Shown in pieces: positions 31,125-42,400 of a stretch of 64,000 bases of DNA. The DNA is taken from positions 16,058-80,057 of IMG/VR virus record IMGVR_UViG_3300032893_002193; one strand, 5' to 3'. Made by a program: the position numbers and the translations under genes. The stretch is from a virus. The notes under the pieces are model-generated. The model was not told where the DNA came from and made no database searches. It was given only the letters and a program-made list of their open reading frames with translations. The stretch's first letter is position 1, and each line of letters starts with the position of its first letter.

Positions 31125-33212
31125 ATGTCACCTTGTACGCCATTACAATCATCTGTTATAATTCCAGGGCCTTCTTCTGGAATATCTGGATTTGCCCCAC
31201 AAACTCCTTCATTACAATTTCCTTTTCCGACCCTTCCGTTTGAAGATTTAGGAGGAATATTTGATAGTCTTTCTTTAATCTTACCAAGCGGAACATTAAG
31301 GCCGGAGTTATCTGCTAATTTCTCAAGAGATATACTCGATGGTGTTTCTTCGTTGTTGTCAAAGTTTGCTCCATTCTTATCGATGTATACATTCTTTTTG
31401 CCGGTTTTAAATTTAATTTTATGTATTATTGAGGTTATATGTAGTATTCCTAATCCATTTAAATTGATTAGGGCGGTTATTAGATTATTTAGAAACTGTA
31501 TTCCAGAATTCTTAGCGCTATTCCCTATGTTTGCGCTTCCGATTATGATATTATCGTTATTATTATTGATATTAACTTTAATTATCTATTTATTAGAAAG
31601 AATATTAACCATTATACAATTAATTATAGATAATATTAATACTCTTGGTAAGGCATCGGCAAGACTTGATAATGATAGTATAATAGCAATAACAAGAAAA
31701 ATAGGTGATTTGATTTGTTTATTGCAGAATTTATTTGTTGTTTTAGGCGGAATAATTTTAATTATACAAGTCATAGAATCAATTATAAAGCTCTCATTTA
31801 AAATACCTCCGTGTGATGATGGTGATAGTAGTAATGATGGTTGCTGCACTCCAGATATATGTCCGTCATTCTTAAAAAATAATAATACAATTACCGGATC
31901 TTCTGGATTCTTGCAGTATTTTAATGAAGTTGGAAAAGATTCTGGATTATCTTTGCCTCCAGGATTTCCTCCAATATCATCTGCACTTAGAAATGAAAGC
32001 TGGCAGTTCTACGATCCAAATCTAACTGGATATAGTCAATTTAATAATATTACCCATGCAGTTGATTTACCGGCCGGCACAACAAAGATATTTTTCCCGA
32101 CAACAAAAACATTTACTGCAACAACACCTTCTGATCAGGCACCATATACCGTTGATTTAAGACTTTTCTACAATCCAACTTCATTTGGACGAGTCGATAT
32201 ACTTGGACCCAGATATTTAAGAGTAAACGGATGCGTGGTTACATCTCCTCCTGTTGATGGGGTATCAGACTATGAGAATAATCTACAGTCTCCAACCAAC
32301 GGAACCTTATTTTTAGCTGGTGGAATGGCATATGAGGATGACAATCAAACAGTTATGAAGATTAACCCTTCAGATACATCTCCGGCAACACTGAATACTC
32401 TGGTTCACACAGATGCCGTTATATCATCAAGCCCGTCCTTATCTCCTACTGATGGATATTTATTCCAAGATATAACATATACATTTAACATTAATCACTC
32501 AATTCTTCTTGGCGATGGACTAATTACTACCGGATGTGTTCCAGAAGTTAATCAGAATAAAAACATAATTAATAATGCTTTAAATTTGCCGGATCTTACA
32601 GGTATTATTTTGCCAGATGTAAATGCTGCAAAAGAATGTGTAATTAATGCGCTAACTACATTTAGACAAAGCGTTTCTATTGACTCTGCTAATAAACTAC
32701 AAGAAGATATTACAAATTGTCTAAATATATTAAAAAATGATACCTCTGCAGCTGCCATACAAGCAATTTTAGCCGCTTATAGTCAATATAAGAGTTATTG
32801 TGTGGTAGATCCAACAATTCAATTTACGACATATCCAATTAAGGTTTCTGTTCATCTAAATGATCAAAATGGAAACTCTATAATTAATAATTTGCCAGCA
32901 GACATAGCAAGCGCGCTGATTCCAAAATTGAAGGCAGATATTAATTTTGGAAATATCAGTCCCTTCACATATGATGGATATGGCTTATTCATTGCGGATA
33001 TAACAAGCAATGTTCCAGGAAACGGAACAATTCAAATGTCTTTTGATAATAAATATTTCAGTACATTCGTTAATCCTTCAGATATTACTCAGCTTCCAAG
33101 TGTATCAATTAATAAGGTTCCATATACATTCGTTCTTGCTGGTCCAATGAAAGATATTGCGAGAAGAGATGAAGGCGATGTATCAAGAGCCAATAGCGAT
33201 GGAAGTGGATAA
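31125..33212 (+). CDS. Tail/baseplate-associated protein with multiple transmembrane-like helices
   Basis: About three long hydrophobic segments in aa ~85-225, Cys cluster CDDGDSSNDGCCTPDIC, beta-rich C-terminal part. Confidence 0.55.
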   Translation: MSPCTPLQSSVIIPGPSSGISGFAPQTPSLQFPFPTLPFEDLGGIFDSLSLILPSGTLRPELSANFSRDILDGVSSLLSKFAPFLSMYTFFLPVLNLILCIIEVICSIPNPFKLIRAVIRLFRNCIPEFLALFPMFALPIMILSLLLLILTLIIYLLERILTIIQLIIDNINTLGKASARLDNDSIIAITRKIGDLICLLQNLFVVLGGIILIIQVIESIIKLSFKIPPCDDGDSSNDGCCTPDICPSFLKNNNTITGSSGFLQYFNEVGKDSGLSLPPGFPPISSALRNESWQFYDPNLTGYSQFNNITHAVDLPAGTTKIFFPTTKTFTATTPSDQAPYTVDLRLFYNPTSFGRVDILGPRYLRVNGCVVTSPPVDGVSDYENNLQSPTNGTLFLAGGMAYEDDNQTVMKINPSDTSPATLNTLVHTDAVISSSPSLSPTDGYLFQDITYTFNINHSILLGDGLITTGCVPEVNQNKNIINNALNLPDLTGIILPDVNAAKECVINALTTFRQSVSIDSANKLQEDITNCLNILKNDTSAAAIQAILAAYSQYKSYCVVDPTIQFTTYPIKVSVHLNDQNGNSIINNLPADIASALIPKLKADINFGNISPFTYDGYGLFIADITSNVPGNGTIQMSFDNKYFSTFVNPSDITQLPSVSINKVPYTFVLAGPMKDIARRDEGDVSRANSDGSG

Positions 33213-34861
33213 TGGTTTCTAATAATAAAAATATCAATTATTATAGCACCCAGGATTCGGTTAATGTCGATATCGATGATCTTTATAATAAGATCATAAA
33301 GCAAATAGATTTTTTCAGAAGCCACTGTTATGCCTTGATTCCAAAGTTAAATAATGCGTTATCAGTCTCTTCTATTGATGATATACTTTCCGACTCAGAT
33401 GTTATAACAACAGCCTATCAAGAAAGCAGGTGCAGCGCTTTTTATAGAATGGTTGGCTTTCCAGTAGTTGATAAAGATTTGAAATTTTATAGCCCAGGAT
33501 TTGATCCAACATTAAATAGAAATGAAGATTTGCTTGAAAATAATATAAAAATAGCTAATAATATGGCTCCAAACTTAAAAACAATTCTTAATCAAAGAGA
33601 AGCTATATTTGTAAAAAATAAAAATCTATTGGCTAAACAGGATATCAATTCTATTAGTGCATCTATAGCATCTATATATGTAAGACCGTTTGATCTTCAG
33701 ATTAAAAATCCAGATAAACCATTTGATATAGATTTCAAAGATCAGGTTTTTAAAATATCAAACAGAACCTTAATAAAAACAACATACTTTCAAGATCTTT
33801 CTAACGACATTACCTTTCCAATAGATCAAAGCGTTCATCCTATTGCTCCATTTATGGCCGATCCAAGAATAGATTTTACTGTTATGCCTACAAAAAACAG
33901 AATAACAGTTCCTTTTCCATTAGATGCGGCCGACACAAGAATAAATGGCGGCTCTAATCAAATAAATTTAAAAAGACCATACATAGAGAAGGTAATTACA
34001 ACTCGTCTAAATAATAGGAATGTATTTAATGACAGTACGATTGATCAGTCGGTGCAAAGTAATTTAGATTCCGTTCTTTCTGACATACAAGAGTTATCCG
34101 CAATAAAAGATCCTAAATTTGATGATATTAAATCGAATATAGCGAAAAATTTATATGGTTCTGAGGTTTTTACACTAACTAAATATCTCAATATGATGAC
34201 TGATATAATTGATATTTTGTGCAAATCAATAGAACTAATTAATAACACAAGAAATAAAATAAACTGGATGCCCGTTCCGTCTGATAGGTATGGTTTAGAG
34301 CAAGATATAACAAATAAAGAACCAACGATAGCAGATGATTTAAGAAATAGTCAGATAGACCGGGATATTATTGAGCTGACAAACAAAAAAATAGTTCACG
34401 AATTTAATTTAGTTGGAAATACCGATACCGATGTTGGTGGGTTTGCGTTTTCAAATTTAGATGACATAGTTCTTGGAGATTTTAAAAGCACCACCAGCTA
34501 TTTTGATAACCAGATTGACTCTCTTAATAATCAGAGGAAAAATCTATATAAAAAAGCAAATGATGCCTTGCGTACGGTAGAAATAATTACCGGAGAATTT
34601 AGTGGTTTAGGCTTAATAGATATATTAGCAATTCAAGCCGCTCTATGGTCTATTAGTATAGAATCGCTGGTCGGGCTAATAGATAAAAGAGCATTTGATA
34701 GAATGAGCAATATTCCTTATTTACAACAGGCCGTTCAAAGCACTGCAAGAAATGATATAACGACCTCTATGCAGGAATTTGGAAGAAAATTATCTGATAT
34801 TTATACCTTATTACAAAAGCAATTTAATGGAGAAATTGCCTATTTTTCAACAAATAGTTAA
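33212..34861 (+). CDS. Hypothetical baseplate-region protein
   Basis: 549-aa ORF translationally coupled (TAATG) to the previous gene. Confidence 0.6.
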   Translation: MVSNNKNINYYSTQDSVNVDIDDLYNKIIKQIDFFRSHCYALIPKLNNALSVSSIDDILSDSDVITTAYQESRCSAFYRMVGFPVVDKDLKFYSPGFDPTLNRNEDLLENNIKIANNMAPNLKTILNQREAIFVKNKNLLAKQDINSISASIASIYVRPFDLQIKNPDKPFDIDFKDQVFKISNRTLIKTTYFQDLSNDITFPIDQSVHPIAPFMADPRIDFTVMPTKNRITVPFPLDAADTRINGGSNQINLKRPYIEKVITTRLNNRNVFNDSTIDQSVQSNLDSVLSDIQELSAIKDPKFDDIKSNIAKNLYGSEVFTLTKYLNMMTDIIDILCKSIELINNTRNKINWMPVPSDRYGLEQDITNKEPTIADDLRNSQIDRDIIELTNKKIVHEFNLVGNTDTDVGGFAFSNLDDIVLGDFKSTTSYFDNQIDSLNNQRKNLYKKANDALRTVEIITGEFSGLGLIDILAIQAALWSISIESLVGLIDKRAFDRMSNIPYLQQAVQSTARNDITTSMQEFGRKLSDIYTLLQKQFNGEIAYFSTNS

Positions 34862-34886
34862 TAATTAGTATTGCGAAAATTGTCTC

Positions 34887-34900
34887 TAATATTTTGGCAT
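34887..34900 (+). promoter_or_regulatory. Putative late promoter motif TAATATTTTGGCAT
   Basis: Identical to 2172..2185; 11 nt before ATG 34911. Confidence 0.6.
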
Positions 34901-34910
34901 ATTCTTAAGA

Positions 34911-35345
34911 ATGTCATTCGATCTAAAAATATCAGCCGGAGATTTAGTTTTAAAGAATGGTCAGCTTGATGTAGTCACTGGCCAGCAAAAACTAATTCAG
35001 GATATATTAAAAATTTGTTTAACCAAGGCAGGAACGAATATCTATCAGCCGTGGTATGGTTCATTTTTAAGCAAGTCTGTAATAGGATCTGGATTAGATG
35101 CGTCTATAATGTTTGATGTTGCAAGAAGTCAATTACAAACAGCTATTGAAAATCTTAAAAAAGTTCAAGAATTACAGTCATCTAGTGGCCAAAAAATGAC
35201 TCCAGATGAACAAATATCATATATTAGTGATATATCTATTAATAGGAACCAGATCGATCCTAGATTAATAGAGGTTTATGTAAGCGTTTTAACAAGAGCA
35301 TTTACTAGAGCTAATGCCAGCTTCCAGATAAATAATCTAACATAA
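34911..35345 (+). CDS. Baseplate wedge/sheath initiator (gp25-like)
   Basis: DLKISAGDL...KLIQDILKICLT..G.NIYQPWYGS pattern; size; precedes the J-like gene. Confidence 0.75.
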   Translation: MSFDLKISAGDLVLKNGQLDVVTGQQKLIQDILKICLTKAGTNIYQPWYGSFLSKSVIGSGLDASIMFDVARSQLQTAIENLKKVQELQSSSGQKMTPDEQISYISDISINRNQIDPRLIEVYVSVLTRAFTRANASFQINNLT

Positions 35346-35359
35346 ATTAGTGGTTAAAA

Positions 35360-38300
35360 ATGGTAAAAATAAGATCCGCAAACGAGATTATACTAAATTT
35401 GTTAGATTTTTATCGAACATCTCAACCTGAAGCAAATATTAGCCCAGGAAGTGTTATTCGAGATCTTTTTATTGAGGCTCCGGCTGGACAAATATCTCTA
35501 TTATATGATGAATTGTCAAAGATATCTAATCTTCAGGCGTTAAGACTGGCGGTAGGGTCTGATCTTGATAAATTAGCTCAAAATTTTGGAGTATCAAGAA
35601 AGGCCGCCGCAAAATCATCTGGTGTTGCCATATTTACATTTAGTTCAATACCGGCTACTGTCAGTCTTTCTGCCGGAGAATTGGTTTTCTCATCAAACGG
35701 ATCCTCTTTCTCGATTGCAAATGGAGTTTCGGTCAATCCAAATTATTTAAATTTATATAAATCTGTAGCCGCCAAGTATGCTAATGATTTATCATTTTTA
35801 AATATCACAGATCAGTATGCAATAGAAGTAACGGTTCAGTGCACAACCCCCGGATCTTCTGGCAATATCGATAAATATGCAATAAATTCAACAAATATAG
35901 TTGGTGTTAGCAATGTAACAAATGTAATTCCCTTTACTGGCGGTACAGATCAAGAGGATGACGCTACCTTTAGAAATAGAGTATTAGCAATATTTAGCGG
36001 ATCTAATGTCGGAACTGCGCTTGGATATAAGAACACGGCTCTTTCAGATCCAAGCGTATTAGATGCTTTGGTTATTGAGCCAGGCGACCCTCTAATGACC
36101 AGAGACGGAAGCGTCGTAACATTAAATTCAGATGGTTCTTATACTATAGTTTCTGAAGGTCAGGGTGGCAAGGTAGATGTTATTATTTTGGGCACCAGAG
36201 AATCAGAATATATAGATACTTTTATTTACCAAGATAAAAGCAACAATAATGATCCAACAGATACAAAAAATATATATGTATTAGGACAAATTGCGGCAGA
36301 TGCTAATAAAACCGTTACAAGAAGAAGAATAGACGATATAAACAACTCAACCTTACCAGCCCAACCAGTAGATGAGGTATTAGAAGTAACCGGTTCTTTA
36401 AGCGGATCAAATTTCGTACCTAAAACTACAGATAGTCTTGGAAGAATTTCCGGAAATTATGAATTAATTAAGGATACAGGAATTTATGCAGGAAGTCCAT
36501 TTGGTTTTGATAAGTTTCATTGGGTTTCAAATAAAATATCTCTCTTTGAAGAAGACAGGGTTAAGGGAAAATTTTGTGGCCAGGATAATCTAACATTTAC
36601 TGATGTTTTAGAAATACCTCAGATACAACAAAATATATCTATAATTAACGAAAATAGCACCATATCTAACGGTGATAGATCTTATCTGCAGCTATTGCAC
36701 ACTCCTATTACAAATGTCACCAGAGTTTTCAATGTAAACACTGGAGAAAGATATACAATTGTTAATCAGAACCCGGATGGAAATGGGTCTGTTAATACAA
36801 CCGGAAGAATTCAAATAAGCGGAAATACTCTTCCAACAAGCAGCGATGTTTTACAAGTTGATTATACATGGATATTAAACTTCGATCCATATGTTGATTA
36901 CGATGGAAGATATCTTAATAATAATCCTAGATCAGTTCAGGATAGCATAGATTGGGGTATAGCTAATACAGTTAGAAAAGAATTTATATCATTTTCTCTT
37001 GATGGTTCCGGTGCCTTTTATTCTGGGCTATCAAAACATCCGGTAAATTACATTGTTTCTGCAAATGTTTTTAGCAGAATGGATGGATATGTTTCTACCG
37101 TTTCTTCTGGAAATTTTGCAGGAAGAATGGCCATCTATTTAAATGGAATTGCTCAGGATATTGCAAATATAGATAGCATTAGATTGCAGAATAGTAATCT
37201 TGAGGTATACAATACTGCTCAAAATGATGGAGTATTCTTTAGCCAGAGAGTGGTTCTTGGAGCAAACATAGTATACAACTATACTATCATACTTCCTAGC
37301 GATACTCCGGTAGTTCAAAATGAGCACGTAACTGTAATATACAATGTTTATGATTCATTTAGAGTTGGCAACATAAACGGAAACTTCTCTAATAATCAAA
37401 TTACTATACCGGCAGCCAATATAGTGTCGGCCGCTTCCTTAACTTCTCCGATAGCATCAATTGTTCTTGATGTCTCATATGTTTCAAATGTACAGAATGC
37501 TCTTGTAAACAGTATAACTAACTTCCCAATAAGTAGACTTGGTAATGGTTTCATCTCTTCTTCTAATGCCGGATTTTTAAATAATTTCGTAGATAATGTT
37601 TCAAAAATCGAAAATCAGGTTGTTCAAAAAAATTCACTAAATCAATTATATATTACCTTAAGCATAAATTCAAATGATTATTATTTATCGGCAAATAATG
37701 TATTGTCCGCGATTAGGCTTGGTGATGGAAAAGAATTATGGAACGCCGATAATCTTGGTACAGTATCTCAAGACAGCAATAGTAATTACCTGCTAATATT
37801 TAATGGATATAATTCTCCAGCTGTTGGCGACAAGGTTATGATTGTTTATTATCCATTAGATAATAATAGAAGTCAGCCATTTACTTTCTTAAATTCAACA
37901 ATTAGAAGAGATATATCTACTCTTCAATTTGATTATGTTAATAGTAATTTCTATGTTCCGTTTTATACATTAACAAGTCAGGCATCAGTACAATTTCAAT
38001 TAATAGACCCTACTACGGGCCTTGTTGTTTCAAGTGGTTCTGATGGGTATATTGTTCCTTCTTTAGATTTTTCACAGGCAGTTTTTGGAAGTCTCTCGTT
38101 TAATTTTGGAAGCATCATAAATATTCCATCTTTAAAATTAAGAGTAATGAACTCATCAATAGTAAATAATAATGCAATATATGATATTGATGGATACAAC
38201 TCTACAAATAATACGATTAATATTTTAAATGTATTAAGTAATTTGGATTTAAGTCAAATCAGTATTATAAGGGTTCTCGATGGAAAAGATCTGTGGAATT

Positions 38301-39460
38301 CGTCTTGTTCGATAGATTTTGTTAATAGAAGATTTATCATACCGAACGATGATGTTATGTCGGCCGGAGATGAGGTTCTTGTTGTTTACTTTGTATCAAG
38401 AAATTTAAGACAAACACCATCAAGATTAGCGATTACTACTACCGATCAAATAAATAATAGCGGCGTAATTACCGTTTACGGAGAGACAATTACGAAGGTA
38501 GCTGATGTTGTATTTACTGCAATTTATACTGGATTAAAGCAAAATATTTCAGAGGCAATAAGAACATTTTTATCAATAAATTCAAATACATCGATACCAT
38601 CTAATACTTCATTAATTAGAGTTGTTAAGCTTGAAAAAGTTAATGCCACCACAGATAATCAGGTTATATCGGTTATAAATTCATTTGATGTGCAGGGAAC
38701 GCAAATCAAAAATGGTATTTATTACTCAAATGAAATGATAGTTAATAATTCATTAGATGTTTTTGATTTGATTTTGCCGCCAACAGAAAATAATAACACT
38801 TATGTTCCACAAATAGGCGATAAATTAAGAATAACTTTTTATTACTCTACTGTTGGAGATAATGAGGCTCTCTTCTTTACTAGAAATGGAACCCTCTATA
38901 CTAATAAAATATTTGCCTTTATAGACAAGGCATATATTTCTAGCGGATTTACGGCCTCACAGTCAACTAAATTTACTATAAGTTATTTTAATCAACCCGC
39001 TAATGGATCGAGATATCAGGCTTTTTACGACTATCTGGCCCCAAAACAAAATGAAAGAATTACAATAAGATATAATTATAACAAATTAATAGGAGATACC
39101 ACTTTTAATATAGAGAGTTCAAGACCTATTACGGCAGATGTTTTAGTAAAGGCCGCAACTAAGGTTTTAGTTGATATTACTATGAATATAGTGGTTAAAA
39201 CCGAGTTCTCTTCATCTTCTGATGTTGTCGTTCAGGATGTAAAAGATAAGATAACCTCAGCAATCAATACAAATGTTCTTGGAGATGTATTAAACGGCTC
39301 TGATCTAATTAGTGTTGCTCAGGGAGTGAATGGCGTTGATAGAGTTAGAATAATTTATTTTAATAAGGACGGTGTTACTGGTCAGGTATTAACTATAACT
39401 GCTCAAAAAAATGAATATTTTTCCGCAAATAGTGTTATAATTAATACTGAGAGCAGATAA
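35360..39460 (+). CDS. Baseplate J-like wedge protein (gp6-like) with large insertions
   Basis: PGSVIRDLFIE, GSDLDKLAQNFGVSRK, GGTDQEDDATFRNR, GGKVDVIILG, C-terminal SDLISVAQGVNGVDRV. Confidence 0.85.
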   Translation: MVKIRSANEIILNLLDFYRTSQPEANISPGSVIRDLFIEAPAGQISLLYDELSKISNLQALRLAVGSDLDKLAQNFGVSRKAAAKSSGVAIFTFSSIPATVSLSAGELVFSSNGSSFSIANGVSVNPNYLNLYKSVAAKYANDLSFLNITDQYAIEVTVQCTTPGSSGNIDKYAINSTNIVGVSNVTNVIPFTGGTDQEDDATFRNRVLAIFSGSNVGTALGYKNTALSDPSVLDALVIEPGDPLMTRDGSVVTLNSDGSYTIVSEGQGGKVDVIILGTRESEYIDTFIYQDKSNNNDPTDTKNIYVLGQIAADANKTVTRRRIDDINNSTLPAQPVDEVLEVTGSLSGSNFVPKTTDSLGRISGNYELIKDTGIYAGSPFGFDKFHWVSNKISLFEEDRVKGKFCGQDNLTFTDVLEIPQIQQNISIINENSTISNGDRSYLQLLHTPITNVTRVFNVNTGERYTIVNQNPDGNGSVNTTGRIQISGNTLPTSSDVLQVDYTWILNFDPYVDYDGRYLNNNPRSVQDSIDWGIANTVRKEFISFSLDGSGAFYSGLSKHPVNYIVSANVFSRMDGYVSTVSSGNFAGRMAIYLNGIAQDIANIDSIRLQNSNLEVYNTAQNDGVFFSQRVVLGANIVYNYTIILPSDTPVVQNEHVTVIYNVYDSFRVGNINGNFSNNQITIPAANIVSAASLTSPIASIVLDVSYVSNVQNALVNSITNFPISRLGNGFISSSNAGFLNNFVDNVSKIENQVVQKNSLNQLYITLSINSNDYYLSANNVLSAIRLGDGKELWNADNLGTVSQDSNSNYLLIFNGYNSPAVGDKVMIVYYPLDNNRSQPFTFLNSTIRRDISTLQFDYVNSNFYVPFYTLTSQASVQFQLIDPTTGLVVSSGSDGYIVPSLDFSQAVFGSLSFNFGSIINIPSLKLRVMNSSIVNNNAIYDIDGYNSTNNTINILNVLSNLDLSQISIIRVLDGKDLWNSSCSIDFVNRRFIIPNDDVMSAGDEVLVVYFVSRNLRQTPSRLAITTTDQINNSGVITVYGETITKVADVVFTAIYTGLKQNISEAIRTFLSINSNTSIPSNTSLIRVVKLEKVNATTDNQVISVINSFDVQGTQIKNGIYYSNEMIVNNSLDVFDLILPPTENNNTYVPQIGDKLRITFYYSTVGDNEALFFTRNGTLYTNKIFAFIDKAYISSGFTASQSTKFTISYFNQPANGSRYQAFYDYLAPKQNERITIRYNYNKLIGDTTFNIESSRPITADVLVKAATKVLVDITMNIVVKTEFSSSSDVVVQDVKDKITSAINTNVLGDVLNGSDLISVAQGVNGVDRVRIIYFNKDGVTGQVLTITAQKNEYFSANSVIINTESR

Positions 39461-42400
39461 TGTCAAACCTTAGAATAATTTCTGTAAATGTTATAGATAG
39501 TACGCATATATCCGTAAAATTTACCGCTAATCTTATACAAAACTTATCAACACTAAATGTGTCTATAGCCTCTCAGGTTACAGGTATACCAGATTCGTCT
39601 GCTGTCGAAGTTTCTGTTTCTGGAGATACGCTAGAAATAACATGTTTGCCGTTAACTCCGGTTACTGCATATTTTTTAACATTACAATCGACCAGCTCAA
39701 ATCCATTTACCTCAATCAATGGCGACGCTATCTTACTTGAAGATGGTGTGGCCAATCAAAAATTAATATTTGGGCCGGTAGAGGCAGAAAATGATGTAAA
39801 AACAAATTTAGTAAATTATTTAAGAGATACTATTTATAATACTGACAATGGAACAATTATATCCAGCTATCTTGATGCCGTTGCCTTATTATTCTCTAAG
39901 GCGCTATATGATATTAAGCAGGTAAAAAACGAAAATTATATTTCTACCTTAATTACCGATGAACAGAAAACAAGATCTAGCGGCCCATTTGATAGACTTA
40001 ATGAAGAAGGCGCATACGAGATATTAAGAGTTAGCAAATACAAAACTGGTACGCAAAATCCATTTAGTTTTACATATTCTGATTTTCCGTCTAATCCCGT
40101 TTCTTTGCAGCAACTTGAAACAGAAGATAGTCTAACCGCAAATTCTATAGATGGAGATTTGTTATTTAATATCAATACATTTGTTCTTAATTTATCAAGA
40201 AGATTTGTTATTAAGGTTAACTCTATAACTTTTAATTATTCTAATGGAATGAATCCATATGTTTATAATATTTCTGAGTATGGATATCAAATACTTGATT
40301 CTACCTACGATCAAGACAATGCCTTTACATATTTATTGTTAAACGATAATCAGATCAAATTAAATGAAAAAATTCTTCAAGATAGCAATTTCTCAACACA
40401 AAATATTTCGAGCATAATTGTTGATTATTATTATAAAGACACAGGAAGGATAGTTTCTTCAGCCTCTGTTAATGTCTACGCAATAATGCCTTCGGGTAGG
40501 GAAGTGTTGCCTGCATTAGAAAATATATTTAATCTTCAACATGCTCCGCTAACCGATTTAAATGGTAATAGCGTATCCTTAAACGGAATTTCATTTATTA
40601 ATCCAAATAGCATACCGGAATTAAATTCTCCTCATCCCGCCTTTTTGTATGAGGTTCCCTTTAGATTAGATTATCTGCCATCAAGACCGGGAGAATATTC
40701 CGTTGATTATTCTACCGGTACGGTTTATGTATTTGGAGCAGATAATACTCAAGATGGAACCGGGCCAACTCCTCCTTTAGCAGTTTATTACTATAAATAT
40801 AGTTTCGTTTCAAATGTAGACTATATATATGATGAAGATCTTTGTGAGCTTGTTGCCCTACCTAATGGAAGCCTAACCGGCAATCCTGGAATAATAAATT
40901 TTACCGCAGAGCCTGGATTAGCCCTCGATATAGATTACAGGGCCAATATACATCAAGAATCGTTAAATGAAAGAATAAAAAATAATTTAACATCTCTTGG
41001 TTCTCTTCTTACATCTAATTCTCCAATAACAAATGTTTTTAGAATATATAATGAAACATCTGGAGAAATATATACGCCGACAAGATGGAATAATAATAAA
41101 GTTTATTTTTCATATAATAAACCACCAAGATTAATTGCCGCTACAAGAGAGCGCGCTACATTTGAGGTTGTTAGCAATGAAATATTATTTGTCAATAATA
41201 CTATTTCTACATCTAATCCATCTATAAATATTTTTAAAATATTATTAACTAACAATAATATCATATCTCAAAGCGAAGATTGTATAGGATCTTCATTAAA
41301 TACAAGCGTCTCATTTTCAAATAACAGCATATTTTCTCAAGAAGTATATTATGATAATACACAATCAGAAACTGCTAACCTAACAAGACTTGGACAAGTT
41401 GGATATTATCAAATAAATTATACCAATGGAATAGTATATGTCGCAGTTCAGTCAACTCAAGGGCTAAATATTGGATCTGTCTCATATAAGAAAGATAGTA
41501 TTTCTCCAAATAATCCGCATGTAACCAGCGTAGAAGATATTTATTATCAATTTAGTTCAATATCTCAAAAAGAAAAACACTTTGATTATATTAGTTTTTC
41601 TGATGGAAGTATAATACCAAGAACATTTGATGTATCAAACGAAAGATTTTTAAATAATAATGCAGCCTACCAATATATCCTGTCCTATGGAACAGTCGGT
41701 ACATTCTTAGATTCTATTTTTGTTGCTGGTGTTTCTCAAAATATTAAATTTATAAGAGGAGTTTATGAAATTACAGATGTATTAAATAATATATCTCCAA
41801 TAAACTTCTCTGCATCATCAACTTTCAATGGAACCACATTAAATGTCAATCCATTAATTTATAACGAGTATCATACTATTCAATATGATGGTGTCCACTA
41901 TTACATAACACTAAATACTCCACTTTACTTTCTATCACCAAATATTTCATTAAATATTAGTGTTATAAGAAGCTCGGATAGTGCGTCATTATGGAATAAT
42001 TCTGGCACAATTTCTTTAGGAAATCCATTAAAATTAATTTTACCAGGCATTAATTCCCCACATGCCGGAGATTTTGTGGATGTAACCTATACATTTACTA
42101 TTAATAATTTTTCAAGCGTTATAATAGATTATAATAAAGGTGATTATTATATTGACTATACATATCTTGCCGATGAGATATTGGTTAGTTATGAATATGG
42201 AGACAATGTTCTTGATTTTCGCCAATCACAAGCATTAGATATTGGAGATACCTACTATGTTTCTTATAGAGTTGGGGCTTTAAGAGACGCATTACTAAAA
42301 AATTTCGGAACATTAATAAATATACCATTATTAACAAATTTTTCTATTGATTTCGAAAGAGAAAGATACAGAGATGCAATTCAAGCCGCAATGCATTCTT

